Made by a program: the position numbers and the translations under genes. Below, piece after piece: positions 42,301 to 53,807 of a DNA stretch of 64,000 nucleotides; positions within the stretch are counted from its first letter, which is position 1, and every line of letters begins with the position of its first letter. Under the pieces are notes generated by a model that was not told the DNA's origin, did not search any database, and saw only the letters and a list, made by a program, of their open reading frames with translations. Where the stretch lies: positions 320,001-384,000 of the forward strand of contig CAVXEP010000032.1 of the NCBI GenBank assembly GCA_963760795.1, given 5' to 3'. This DNA comes from an uncultured delta proteobacterium. Its GTDB lineage: Bacteria; Desulfobacterota; Binatia; UBA9968.

Positions 42301-43908
42301 TTAAGGTCCGTGATGGGTTGCCAGCGGGCTCGTGTCGGTCATCTCGATCATTTTGCGCGCCAACTGTTCGGTCAGTTCTTGCCGCAAGGGTTGAGCGCCG
42401 GGCTCATTCCAAAGATTGTCGAGCTCGTGTGGATCGGCGGCGAAATCGTAGAGTTCGCCCCAACCGACGCCTTCGTAGATCGTCAAGCGGTGTTGCTGGG
42501 TGATCAGGCTGCGGGCGCGGAAGTTATTCGCCAATCCCATATAGCCGCGCCGCTGGTGCTCTTCGATGAGCATTGACTCGTGGCCGGTCATGCCGCCGTC
42601 GAGGGCCGGAATTAAACTTTTCCCCTGCATGCCGTTATGACCCGCCAGTCCGGCCCGCTGCAAAATCGTCGGCGCTAGGTCGACCGTGCCGCATAAGCCG
42701 GCATTGAGCTTGCCAGGCGCTTCGATCTGCGGATCGCTCCAGATACACGGTACGCGCACCAGGCCGCGGTAATGCAGCGCGCCTTTCAGCAACAGCTGAT
42801 GATCGCCCATGAAGTCGCCATGATCGCTGGTAAAAATCACCACCGTGTCGTCGTCGAGACGGAGGGTTTTGAGCCAGGCCAAAATGCTGCCAATGGCATC
42901 GTCGATCATCGCGATCATGCCATAGGTGAGCGCGGTGGCTTCACGAACTTCTCGTTCGGTGACGGCAAAGGTGCGCTGACCGTCCTTATTCGCCTCCTGG
43001 GCGGTACGCTCTTGGTAGAGCCGGCGCAGGTGCGGCACGATGGGTCGCTCGCCGGGATTGAACGAAGGTGGCAAGGGAATCTCTGCCGGATCGTACATGT
43101 CCCAATAGCGCCCCGGCGGCGTGAACGGATGGTGCGGGTCGGGAAACGAGCATTGCAGGAAAAACGGCTTGGCGCGGTCGCTGCGGGAATAGTTTTCTAA
43201 ATACTTGATGGTCCGCTCGGCGACGTAGGCGGAGGGATAGAGCTCTTCGGGAATCGCCGTGCGCCAAGCCTGCGGCGCGATGTAATTATTGCCCGGCAGC
43301 TGATTCTTGCGCCCGCGCAGCGCATCGCCATTGGCAGCGCGCTGCTTGAGCCAGCGATCGTAATGGCCGACCACTTCGTCGCCATGGCCGACGGCGAGCT
43401 CGACCTGGCTAAAGCCGTAGTAGGGCAGGCTAAGCTCGAAGTTGGCGTCGTTTTGCCAGGTGGCGCGCAGTTCCTGATCGTAACGGCCATGGTTAAGCCA
43501 ACTCTTATCGGCCTCGCGCAAATGCTCCGGCGGCTGAATTCTGTCGGGGTCCGCTTCTGGCATGCCGATGGTGGGGCGGGCGCCGCTGATACTTTGCAGG
43601 TGGCATTTGCCGATCAGCGCAGTATCGTAGCCCGCTGCCCGCAGGATCTCGACGAAGGTAGTCGCGGTGAGCGCTAGCGGGATGCCGTTTTGCCGCGCGC
43701 CATGCAGCGACGGCATGCGCCCGGTCATGAACGTCGCGCGATTGGGCATGCAGATCGGCGTGGCGACATAGAAATTGTCAAAGCGGGTCCCCGCTTGCGC
43801 GAGCCGATCGATGCTCGGGGTTTTGACAATCGGATTGCCGTAGCAGCCCAGATGATCGGCACGGTGCTGGTCGGTTATTATGCAAAGAAAGTTCGGCGCT
43901 CTATCCAT
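42301..43908 (-). CDS. Sulfatase-family hydrolase
   Basis: TDQHRAD, CMPNRATFMTGR (CxPxR), GKCH, DPHHP, TSDHG, ELYD...DP.E..N. Confidence 0.93.
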   Translation of the reverse strand: MDRAPNFLCIITDQHRADHLGCYGNPIVKTPSIDRLAQAGTRFDNFYVATPICMPNRATFMTGRMPSLHGARQNGIPLALTATTFVEILRAAGYDTALIGKCHLQSISGARPTIGMPEADPDRIQPPEHLREADKSWLNHGRYDQELRATWQNDANFELSLPYYGFSQVELAVGHGDEVVGHYDRWLKQRAANGDALRGRKNQLPGNNYIAPQAWRTAIPEELYPSAYVAERTIKYLENYSRSDRAKPFFLQCSFPDPHHPFTPPGRYWDMYDPAEIPLPPSFNPGERPIVPHLRRLYQERTAQEANKDGQRTFAVTEREVREATALTYGMIAMIDDAIGSILAWLKTLRLDDDTVVIFTSDHGDFMGDHQLLLKGALHYRGLVRVPCIWSDPQIEAPGKLNAGLCGTVDLAPTILQRAGLAGHNGMQGKSLIPALDGGMTGHESMLIEEHQRRGYMGLANNFRARSLITQQHRLTIYEGVGWGELYDFAADPHELDNLWNEPGAQPLRQELTEQLARKMIEMTDTSPLATHHGP

Positions 43909-44029
43909 GGGCGATCCTCGACATCGCCTGTCTTTATCATATCGCTGCCGCCGTGCAATTGTTGAAAGCCCGCGAAGCTTTGCCACGAGCCGGGGAATTG
44001 TAGTAGAAGCGGACCTAAGGACAATCACC

Positions 44030-44545
44030 ATGATCGACGCCGCCGTGCTCATTCCCGTTTATCGTTCGCCGCCGGGCGACCTGCATATCGTCATGATCCT
44101 GCGCAATCCCGGCGGTGTGCATGGCGGTCAGATCGCCTTTCCGGGCGGCAAGCATGATCCGGCAGATGACACCATGCTCGATACCGCGTTGCGCGAAACG
44201 CGTGAAGAGCTCGGCTTGGTGATTCCGCGCAATGACATTTTGGCTGAGTTGCCGATGGAGCAGACGCGCACCACAGGTTATCGGGTGTTTCCCTATGTGG
44301 CGCGCATCACGCTCCCCGACCGGTGGCAGATCGCCGAGCGTGAGATTGCCGAGATCGTCGATGTCCGGCTCAGCGATCTCACTAGTCCCGGAGCCCACGA
44401 CAAGATGATCGAGCGCTTTCCGACCTGGCAGAAGGCCGAGCAGGTTTCGTATTATCGAATCGGCGAACATCGGCTCTGGGGATTGTCGTATCGGATCTTA
44501 CAACCGATTATCCCGCGTCTGGTTGGCGGCGATTGGAATGTGTGA
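44030..44545 (+). CDS. Nudix hydrolase (CoA pyrophosphatase-like)
   Basis: AAVLIP, HGGQIAFPGG, TALRETREELG, LWGLS. Confidence 0.9.
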   Translation: MIDAAVLIPVYRSPPGDLHIVMILRNPGGVHGGQIAFPGGKHDPADDTMLDTALRETREELGLVIPRNDILAELPMEQTRTTGYRVFPYVARITLPDRWQIAEREIAEIVDVRLSDLTSPGAHDKMIERFPTWQKAEQVSYYRIGEHRLWGLSYRILQPIIPRLVGGDWNV

Positions 44546-44555
44546 AGGAAAGATT

Positions 44556-44628
44556 GGTAAGGGGTGAGGGGTAAAGGGTAAGGCGTCCGGTCAGATACGC
44601 TTTACTTCTCACACTTTACCCTTTACAC
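44556..44628. repeat. Heptamer hairpin (GTAAGGG)n ... (CCTTTAC)n
   Basis: GTAAGGG GTGAGGG GTAAAGG GTAAGG ... CTTTAC TTCTCAC ACTTTAC CCTTTAC. Confidence 0.8.
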
Positions 44629-44699
44629 TCGTGTGCTCGGAGCTGAGAGTATTTCGAAAATTAAAAAAAGCGAACCGTAATCAAAAAGGAGAACAACAA

Positions 44700-45915
44700 A
44701 TGGATTTCAATTTACAACCGGATAGCCGGGAGATTAGCGCGTTTCGCCAAGACGGTGCGCGCCTGGTTGGCGGAAAATATGAAGGGTAGCGAGCATCTGC
44801 GCTGGTCGGGCAACTGGTCGACCCGGGAAAACGACGAAGAGTATAAGTTTCGCCGCGGCTTGGCGGGCAAGTTGGGCGCGAAAAGGTGGCTTTTCCCCAC
44901 CTATCCGGAGAAATATGGCGGCGGCGGTATGAGTCTCGATCACCAGTTCGTTCTCGAAACCGAGATCGACCGTTACGGCCTGTCGCTGGGATCGGTTTTC
45001 TACACCCTGTCGCGCTTGGTGGCGCCGGCCGTGATGAAGTTCGGCACCGAGGAGCAAAAGGCCGAATTGCTGCCGCCGATGATGCGCGGTGAACTGGCGG
45101 TGTGGCAGGTGCTCACCGAACCGCAGGGCGGAAGCGATGTCGCCAACTGCCAAACCAAGGCGATTCGCGACGGCGACGATTTTATCGTCAACGGTCAAAA
45201 GGTCCTGGTCGGCCATCATTTGCCGCCGGACTTTCTCTGGACTTTTGTTTGTACCAACCCCGCCGGCAAACGCCATGAAAACTTGGGTTGGCTGTATATC
45301 CCGGCGACGCTTCCCGGCATTACCATTCAGCATATGCACTTGATGATGGGCATTAAGAACGCCGTGTTCTTCGACAACGTCCGCGTCCCGGCGAAATATC
45401 TAGTCGGCGGCGAGAACAACGGCTGGAAGGTCGCCAACAGTTATTTGGAACTCGAGCATGGCGGCGGTGGCAGTGTCGCCGAGCATCCGCTGTTCGCGCG
45501 GCTCATCGCCCATTGCCAACGTACTAACTTTGACGGCGAGAGTTTGATGGAAGATCAGGACGTGCGCGATGTCCTAGCCGAGATGCTCATCGATTTGGAT
45601 GTCCAACGGCTGATGGGGTTACGCAATTTTTGGCATCGTTATGTTAAGCAGCCCCATTCCTATGGCGGACCGCAATTTCTTTTTCTTCAGCGCATGGTGC
45701 GCTTGCGCAATGCCGAGCGCGTGCAAAAGATTTGCGGCTATGACGCCCTGGCGCCGGACGATTCGGTGCATGAAGTTGCCGACTTCGAGTACACCGTGCG
45801 CAGCGGTCCCGGTTGGCTCCATGGCGGCGGCACGCTGGATACCGACCGGCTGATCATCGCCCGCCGCTTAGGTTTGGGCCGGCCGTCCCAGGAGGACGCG
45901 CCGACTACCGTCTAG
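44700..45915 (+). CDS. Acyl-CoA dehydrogenase, subunit 1 (frameshift near 44750)
   Basis: AAGGAG RBS then MDF; YPEKYGGGG, TEPQGGSD, VNGQKV, VFFDNVRVP, GGGT. Confidence 0.9.
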
Positions 45916-45966
45916 GAAGAAGAGGAATATCCACAAAGGGCACAAAGAAAACAAAGGCATAAATCT

Positions 45967-47100
45967 ATGGATCTAAAACTAAACGACGATCAAAATATGA
46001 TGAAGAAAGTGGCGGGGGATTTTTTGAAGGCCGAAGCGCCACCGCATGTCATCACTGAATGGTATCAAAAGAAAATCGCCCATCTTCCTGAGCTGTATAA
46101 AAAGACCGCCGGCGTCGGTTGGCTTGGCATGACGGTGCCCGACCAGTTTGGCGGCGGCGGATCTTCTGCTACGGACTGCGCCGTGGTCTTCGAGGAGCTT
46201 GGTCGCGGTCCCTTGCCCGGTCCCTATTTTTCTTGCGGCGTCTTGGCGGCGCAATTGTTTTTAGAAGGGGGCAGCGCGGCGCAGCAAAAGTCCTGGTTGC
46301 CGAAGATTTGCGATGGCAGTGCCATCGTGATTCCTGCGCTCTCCGACGACCCCATTCAGTTCGGGCCGAAATCAGTGCAGACGCGGGCGATTAAGAGTGC
46401 TAGAGGATTCACTCTCAACGGCACCAAGCGCTATGTCCAGGACGGCGATGCGGCGAGTCAATTTATTTGCGCGGCGCGCAGCGACAGCGGTGGCGTCGTG
46501 CTCGCTTTAGTCGACCGCAATGCGCCGGGGGTTTCGGTGAAGCCGGTGTTTGGCTTCATGATTGGCGCGGCGGAAGTGTGCTTTGACAATGTTGCCGTCG
46601 GAGCGGACGCGCTCATCGGCGCGGTGGATTCGGGATGGCAGGTGCTGGAAGCGGCGCTCACCAAAGCTTTGCCGATTCTGTGTGCCTACCAGGTGGGTGC
46701 CTGCCAAGAGATTTTCGAAATGACCAACGAGTACACCCGTACCCGCGTGGTCTTCGGTCAGCCTATCGGACGCTTCCAGCGGGTGCAGGATCACTGTGTC
46801 GATATATCGATCCACCTGGACGGCGCGCGTTGGATTACCTACGAGACCTTGTGGAAGATTGACTCGGCCGTTGCCGCCACCGCCGGAGCACATCAATCCA
46901 AAGCAGTGGCTAGCGAAGCCTACTACCAGTCCTGCCATTTTGCCCACATGGTGTTTGCCGGCGCCGGGACGGACTACAAACATCCGCTGATGGCCCATAG
47001 TGTGCTGGCCCATGCGCTTTATCAGTATTTAGGCACACCGCTGTTTCATAAGCGGGCGATGATCGATGCGATGTATCCGCGCAAGGCGAAGGTCGGTTAG
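45967..47100 (+). CDS. Acyl-CoA dehydrogenase, subunit 2
   Basis: VPDQFGGGG, EELGR, LNGTK, R.VFGQPIGRFQRVQ. Confidence 0.9.
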   Translation: MDLKLNDDQNMMKKVAGDFLKAEAPPHVITEWYQKKIAHLPELYKKTAGVGWLGMTVPDQFGGGGSSATDCAVVFEELGRGPLPGPYFSCGVLAAQLFLEGGSAAQQKSWLPKICDGSAIVIPALSDDPIQFGPKSVQTRAIKSARGFTLNGTKRYVQDGDAASQFICAARSDSGGVVLALVDRNAPGVSVKPVFGFMIGAAEVCFDNVAVGADALIGAVDSGWQVLEAALTKALPILCAYQVGACQEIFEMTNEYTRTRVVFGQPIGRFQRVQDHCVDISIHLDGARWITYETLWKIDSAVAATAGAHQSKAVASEAYYQSCHFAHMVFAGAGTDYKHPLMAHSVLAHALYQYLGTPLFHKRAMIDAMYPRKAKVG

Positions 47101-47129
47101 GAGTGAAAAGTAAGAGGTAGGGGTTTTCG

Positions 47130-48185
47130 ATGAAGGTTGGTGCAAAGTTTTATTCGCTAGTTGTTGGGATGGCGTTGCTCGTAGTTGGTGTCGCGTCTGC
47201 TCAAACAGGTAAGGGTGTTGCTGAATTAGCCACAGTATTCGCGGGGTGATCGCGAGAAGATGCTCTACGAAGGCGCGAAGAAGGAGGGCAAAGTCGTTTG
47301 GTACACGTCCTTGGTGCCGTCCAAAGATATCGGTAAAATTTTCGAGGCTAAATATCCCGGAGTTACGGTGGAGGTCTATCGCGCCAGTGGCATCGATTTG
47401 ACGAATAAGGCTTTGGCTGAGCATAAGGCGCGTCGTTACATCGCTGATAGCTGTCGAGACGACGCCGGGAGCGTTAATGACATTGCGCGACGAGCGGTTT
47501 TTCGTGCCTTACAGCTCGCCGTTTCTCAAAAATTATCCCGATAGCGCCAAGGAGAAGACCAACAGCGGTTTAGTCTACTGGACCACGGATCGCGAGTCAT
47601 ACATCGGTTTGGCCTACAACAAGAACTCGGTGAAAGGCTTGGAGCTGCCGAAAAAATTCGACGATCTGGTGAAGCCGGCGCTTAAAGGCAAGATGGCGAT
47701 CAGCAGCGATGAGAGCAGCGCGCGTCAGCTTGGCGCCATGGCGTGGGCCAAGAGCGACAGCTTCATTCGTAAATTGAAAGATCAGGAAATTACGCTCCAC
47801 GGCGCTTCCGGCCCGGGCTTTAACGAGCTGATCGTGTCCGGCGAAGTGCCGATGTCGTTCGTCGGTTTTTCCACCAATGTGGCGCACTCGGCAAAGAAGG
47901 GGTCGCCCATCGCCTGGCATGCCTTGGACCTGGCAGTCGCCAACGCCGGCGGTGTCGGGGTTTCGGCCAATGCGACCCATCCGCATGCGGCATTGCTGCT
48001 CGTCGACTTTTTGCTCGGCCCTGACGGGCCAAAAGATGTTCAGCGAAACGTTCGCCTACGGCAGCGGTGCGAAAAACTACGGCTTCGAGAAGTTCTATCC
48101 CGAGAAAGGCTTGACCACCGAGGAGTATGCCGATCGCGTCGAGAAGTGGATGCGGCTGATGAAGCAGATCACGCGCAAGCCATGA
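47130..48185 (+). CDS. Extracellular solute-binding protein (Fe3+/AfuA-like); several frameshifts
   Basis: Signal-like start; GAKKEGKVVWYTS, AYN, DLVKPALKGK, HPHAALLLVDFLL. Confidence 0.85.
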
Positions 48186-48192
48186 TTCAGTC

Positions 48193-49768
48193 TCAAAACT
48201 TCACAAAGATCTCTTTGGCTTCGTCGCCGGTCAGTTGCTTGATCGTCGTAATCCGGTCGCTGAACTCCTTCAACGTGCCCAAGGAAGCCGGCCCCATGTC
48301 GATGAGGATTGAGAAGAGCGAGAAGCCGAGGCGCTCCTTTTCTTCTCGAAATTGCTCCGCCCACTGCGGATCGACCTGGCACTCGCCGTCGGTGATGAAG
48401 ATGATGTCGCCTTTCTTAAAGCGCGAGTCGCCTAGACATTCCAGCGCGGCGTCCAGCGGCTTTTGAAAGTCGGTGCCGCCGCCGGGGAAGTATTCCGCCA
48501 GGTCCATGATGGTTTTGGTTTCGACCTCGTAGCGGTCGCGTGGGTTCATGTCGAGAACTTGCAGCGGCGTTTCCGCCGACGAGAAGCAGATCGAGCGAAA
48601 CAAGCGGCGCTGTTTGCGGGCGATCTCCAATAGCGTAAGAGTCACCGCTTTGGACCAGATCTCTTTGTCACCGGACATGGACGAGCTGCCGTCGAGGCAG
48701 ACGATCATCGGTCCTTTGCCTTTTTCTTCGATGCCGCGCAGCGAATACTGAATCAGCTCCTGGTCGAGGAAGCGGCGAAAGAAATCCTTGCGCAGTAGCG
48801 GATGGTGCAAGCTCAGCATTTCGTGTGGCAGCAAGCGGTGCAGGGCGTCGCCTTGCTCGACTTCCAGGAGTTCTTCGTTGGACCTCTCAAAGACTTTCTT
48901 GCGCAGTGCCTGGGCGTGAAACTTCATCCGGCCGACCATGCGGGCGAGCTTTTTCAGCTTGTCATTTCCCGCGAGGCGCCGGCCGAGTTCGAGCTTTTGC
49001 CCTGGCGGCGACTTCTCACCGGTGCCGATGGTATTGCCCCAGGTCTCCGCTTCTTCGGTGGCATCTTCGAGTTCTTGGGCGACCTTGATGGTTTCGGCCT
49101 GGAGGCGGTTCTTGGCTTGCGCTTCAATGCGTTTCAAGTCTTCCTTGAGTTGCGTCGTCTTATGGCGCAACAACGCTTCGGCGCCCTGGACTTCGCCGGC
49201 CATTTTCTCTTTGGCTTTTTGCAGCGCCTTTTTGCCTTGTTCGGAGAGCTGGTCTTCGGGGATGGTGTCGGCGTTGTCATACTCTTCGAATCTTCTGGCC
49301 GACCAGTTCTTCTTGCTTCTGGATATCCCAGAGGTCGCGCATGTCCCGGCGGGTGAGCAGCTTTTCTTCCCGGATGACATTCAACAACCGTTCACCGAGA
49401 ATCAGCGTCGACAAGCCGGCGTGTGCTTCGTTCAAAAGCGTTTGCTCGCGCAGGTAGTCGTACTGAGTGCCGGTATGGATCGAGCGGAGAAACTTCTGGT
49501 TGAGCAGGGCGCTCGGTAAGACTTCGACGTCCTTGTGGTAATTGACCACGTACTTGAACAGCAAACAGAATATGTCCTGGAGCAAGGAGCCGAAATGGGG
49601 CAGCAAGGTAGCGCCTTTGTCCTCCAACTCGCGCAGCGACGGCGATTCCGAGCGTAGATGCTGCCAGACGCGCCGGTCGTAGGCGTCGTGCTCAATCCAA
49701 AAGGTATTCTTGGGCAGCGGTTCGAAGCGCCGCCTGGCAGGCATTGTCTGTGGACGGCGTGACGCCAT
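48193..49768 (-). CDS. VWA-domain protein (ViaA-like); frameshift near 49285
   Basis: GPMIVCLDGSSSM, GGGTDF, DIIFITDGE; start overlaps the AAA gene stop. Confidence 0.88.
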
Positions 49769-50888
49769 CAGAATTGCTCCAGCAGCTCTTTCTGCAGCTG
49801 TTCGATCTCGCCGCGCACGGCGTGCACCCGTTCGAGCGGGCGGCCGAGCCTTTGGGCTTTGTCCTTGATGCCATCGACTTTGGTTAAGATATTTTTCAAC
49901 TTGGTGTGGACTTCGATCAGGGCACGGGCGCGCTCGTCGGTGCTGCGGCCGGCCTGCAGCGCCACTTCGCGGATCTCGCGCGATTCATACAAAAGCTCGG
50001 CGATCTCTTCTTCGTAGCCGAGCAAGAGCTCGCGAATGGTGCCGCGCACCTGCTCCTGTTCCGCCGGGTCGCGCCACAACACATGCTCGAGAAAGAATAG
50101 ATCTTTCTCCGTCACTTCCGTCTGGCCTTCGATGAAATGCGTGGGCTTGCAGCAGGGCGAGACATTGGCGGTAGCGCCGGTCCGAGGCGTGGATGTTTTT
50201 CTTATTGAGCTCGCGGCGGATATCGGCGATGCCGCGGAATACGTAGGGCGGGATGGCCACCTGCCGGACTTGGGCCTGTAGCTCGGTCAACTCGGCAAAG
50301 GTCAGCGTGGTGCGCTCAGGCTGAGCTTGCGACTCCAGCATGCGCAGGAAACGAAAGTCTTCAACGATGTAGCCGACCACGAAACGGACCAGGAAGCGGT
50401 CATAGAGCGCGGTCAATTCTTCTTCCTCGGGCAGTTCGTTGCTGGCGCCGAACAGAGTGAGCAGCGGCACCTTGACGATTTCCTTGCCGTTGTGAAAAAG
50501 CCGCTCGTTGATCAGCGTCAGGATCGAATTCAAGATCGACGAGTTGGCTTTGAAGATTTCATCGAGAAAGGCGATATGGGCTTCGGGAAGTTTGCGGCTG
50601 GTGACGCGCCGGTAGTCGTCCTGTTCCAGAGCCTTGAGACTTACCGCGCCGAAAGATCTCCTCCGGCGTGGTGAAGCGGGTGAGCAGCCACTGAAAATAG
50701 TTGGCGCCGTCGATGCGCCGGCATAGCTCGTCGGCGAGCATCGACTTCGCCGTGCCCGGCGGGCCGATGATCAGCAAATGATGCGCCGAGAGCAACGCCG
50801 CCAGCGCGCCGTCGATCAAGTCGCTCCGTTCCAGGAACATTTGTTTCAGTTCGTCGCGGAGTTTTTTGAGCTTTTCTTGAATGGTCAT
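49768..50888 (-). CDS. MoxR/RavA-like AAA+ ATPase (two frameshifts)
   Basis: GPPGTAKS, LLTRFTTPEE, FLDEIFKA, ASNELPE, LYDRF, SDRR. Confidence 0.9.
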
Positions 50889-51020
50889 GGTCAGATAAGA
50901 TGCAGGGTAGCAAATGGTGGCAGAGCAGACAATCGAATAACAGATCAGCATGGAGCATGGATGCGACATTGCCGCAGCTTTGGGCTATTCACGATGAATC
51001 TGAAAGGAGCAGATGTCGCT

Positions 51021-52060
51021 ATGAAATTCAGCCGAAAAGTTGATCGCGAGCTTTACCATTTTACTGCTGTCCTGGCTCGGCGGCGGCTAAGGCTCAGGAT
51101 GCGAAGCTGATCGAGGCGGCGAAGAAGGAAGGTGGTAAGGTTGTCGTCTACGGCTCTTTGGAAAACGACACGATGGATTTGATTGCGGCGGCGTTCAAGA
51201 AAAAGACCGGGCTCGAAGTCGAGTATTGGCGCGTGCGGCTCGAACAAAGTGACTGATCGGGTGCGCGACCGAATCACGCGCGGGTAAACCGCAGTACCGA
51301 TGTTGTTCTGACCACCGACGCTCGACCTTGCGAGTCTGATTCAAAAGGACGGCTTTTCGGCGAAATACGATTCGCCCTCGGCGAATGCTTTCCCAAGGAA
51401 GTCATCGATCCCAATCTCGGTCGGCCGAGTATCGCAACACCGTGATCGGCATCGTTTATCACTACCGGCATCGATCAAACCGGCGGATGCGCCCAAAGTC
51501 TCTGGAGGATCTGGTCAAGCCGCAATACAAGGGTAAAGTGGTATTTCCTGATCCGAGCCAGCACACGACCACGGCGCAGTGGCTGGCGAGCTTGCACAAG
51601 ATCATCGGCACAAGGAACGGGCGGAGAAGTTCATTCGCGACCTGGCGGCATCCAAACCGCTGTTGGTGCGATTCGCTTGACACCTGCCGGCGAACGGATC
51701 ACCACCGGTGAGACGCCGATCGGCGTGGCGTTTCTCAAGAACGTGGTTTTCTACGGCCACAAAGGCGTGCCGTTGGATTACGTCCGGCTGGGCAAATTCA
51801 TGGGCGACGGCCAATCGATTGCCCTGGCCGCTAAGGCGCCGTCCATCCTGAACGCAGGGAAAGCGTTCATCGACTATTTCCTCGGCGAAGAAAGTCTCAA
51901 GATCATGGCCGGTATCGGCGAATTCGTCACCCGCAAAGGCATCTATCCACCGTTGCCGGATGCCGATAAGATTCGAGCTGGTCGACATGGTCGATATGGA
52001 CAAGGAAGCTCTCACGCAGAAAAGATGGCGGAGTATAAGAAAATCTTTTTGCAGAATTAG
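51021..52060 (+). CDS. Extracellular solute-binding protein, heavily frameshifted
   Basis: AAKKEGGKVVVYGS, PKSLEDLVKPQYKGK, AGKAFIDYFL fragments in different frames; AAGGAG RBS. Confidence 0.75.
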
Positions 52061-52071
52061 TTCTGCAAAAA
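52046..52071. terminator. Perfect 11-bp stem with the stop codon in its loop
   Basis: TTTTTGCAGAA-TTAG-TTCTGCAAAAA; terminator function uncertain. Confidence 0.35.
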
Positions 52072-52118
52072 GGTTCCAGCGTCCAATCGTTCCAGCGGTT
52101 CAGTTTTGGAGGAATTCT

Positions 52119-53701
52119 GTGGTCGACAGCGAGTGGGATGTCATTCTGATTGGCGCGGGGCAAAACAATTTTGCTCTCGGCACCTATCTCGGCATGGCCG
52201 GTCTCAAGACCGTCATCTGCGAGAGCCGCCTGGAAAACGGCGGGCGGCTCGCCAGCGAAGAGATCACCCGGCCCGGTTACTGGCATAACACGCTGGCTTA
52301 TTTCCAGGATAACCGCGAGGTCTCGCCGGTCTGGAAAGAATTGAAATGGGACGACGGCCATCACGCTGAGTTCGTTTCGCCGCCGGTCATAAGCGCGCTG
52401 TTGCTCCCGGATGGGCAGTCGATTGCGCACCATCAAGCCATCGAACAGACCGTCACATCGATCAAACGGTTATTCGACCAAGGATGGTGAGGCTTGGCGC
52501 CGAATCTCCATCATCGGTTTCACCAGCTGATCCGCGATTATCTGATTCCCTACTACTATGAGTCGCCCCAGCCGGGTGCGGCGATCTTGCAGAAGTTGGA
52601 CAGCGAACCGGACGGCAAGGAATTTAGACGGCTTGTGGCAACTGACGCCGCGCCAAGTGGTCGACGAGCTGTTTGAGAGCGATGCCGTGAAGACCTTGGT
52701 GCTGTCGCAGATGGCGATTCCGCGCGGCGTCGGCATCGACTACGGCGGTGGCGGCATCGAAGTGTTAAAGCTGATCGCCGGTGACGAAAAGCCGGAGCTG
52801 GCGCGCGGCGGATCGCACTCCATCGCCCAGGTTTTGCAGCGCGCCTATGTCCACAACGGCGGGCAGATTCGCGCCGTGCATCATGTCGACAAGATTCTGG
52901 TCGAACGACGATGGCCGGGCTGTTGGCGTGCGCTTGCGCGATGGGCGCGAGTGGCAGGCGCGCTTGGCGGTGGTGTCGAATTCCGATCCCTATTCGACGT
53001 TCGTCGAGATGGTCGGCGAGGATTATTTGCCGCGGACCTTCGTCGAGCGGGTGAAAGACATTCAGGTCGACGAGTTTTCGTATTTCCAGGTGCATCTTGG
53101 CGTTGAAGGCGCCGGTGCGTTACGCCCTCTACGAAGCCAACAACCCGGCGGTCGGCCAGGCGATGAACGTCAATATCGGACCGGAGAAACCGGGCGATCT
53201 CGCAGCGATGTGGCAAGAGATCCGCGCCGGCGAGTTTCCGACCCATGCCTGTCTGCATGCCATTTGTCCGACCGCCTTCGACCCGTTGCAAGCGCCCGCC
53301 GGCAAGCATGCGGCGTCGGTATACCTGCCGGTGCCGTTTCAATTGAAAGGCAAGCAGCCGGAGGATTGGGTCAAACTCAAGAACGGCTTTCTCGATACGG
53401 TGCTCAAAACCTGGCGCCGCTACGCGACCAACTTGACCGACGAGAACATCACCATGAAAGTGGCGATGGAGCCCCACTACATGGCCGGGCGTTGGCCCAA
53501 CATGCGGCGTGGTTCGGTCTGGGTGGCGCGCAAGATTCCGACCCAGATGGGCGAGCAGCGCCCCATCGAACCAATCTCCGACTACCGCACGCCGATCCAA
53601 GGGTTGTATCAAGTCGGCGTCGCGATGCATCCGGCCGACGCTGTGATCGCCGGCTCGGGGTATAATTGCTGGAGGTGATGAAGCAGGATCTGGACTTGTA
53701 A
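52119..53701 (+). CDS. Phytoene dehydrogenase-like FAD oxidoreductase (COG1233), copy 1; frameshifts
   Basis: WDVILIGAG, GG..SIAQVL, YRTPIQGLY..G..HP; GTG start after GGAGG. Confidence 0.85.
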
Positions 53702-53705
53702 CGGG

Positions 53706-53795
53706 CGGAACGATTGAACGCTTGAACTACTTGAACGATTTGAACCAACACGCCGTTCAAGCCGTTCCAATGGTTCAAAGCGTTCAAGCGTTCGG
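53706..53795. repeat. (TTGAAC)n ... (GTTCAA)n hairpin
   Basis: Five TGAAC/GGAAC units then five GTTC units between the two oxidoreductase genes. Confidence 0.85.
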
Positions 53796-53807
53796 AATCG
53801 GATAACT

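Noticed and set aside
53670-53701. TGA near the end of the first COG1233 gene as selenocysteine
   Set aside because: No Cys-equivalent position or SECIS; a 1-nt deletion explains it and restores ...VMKQDLDL*.
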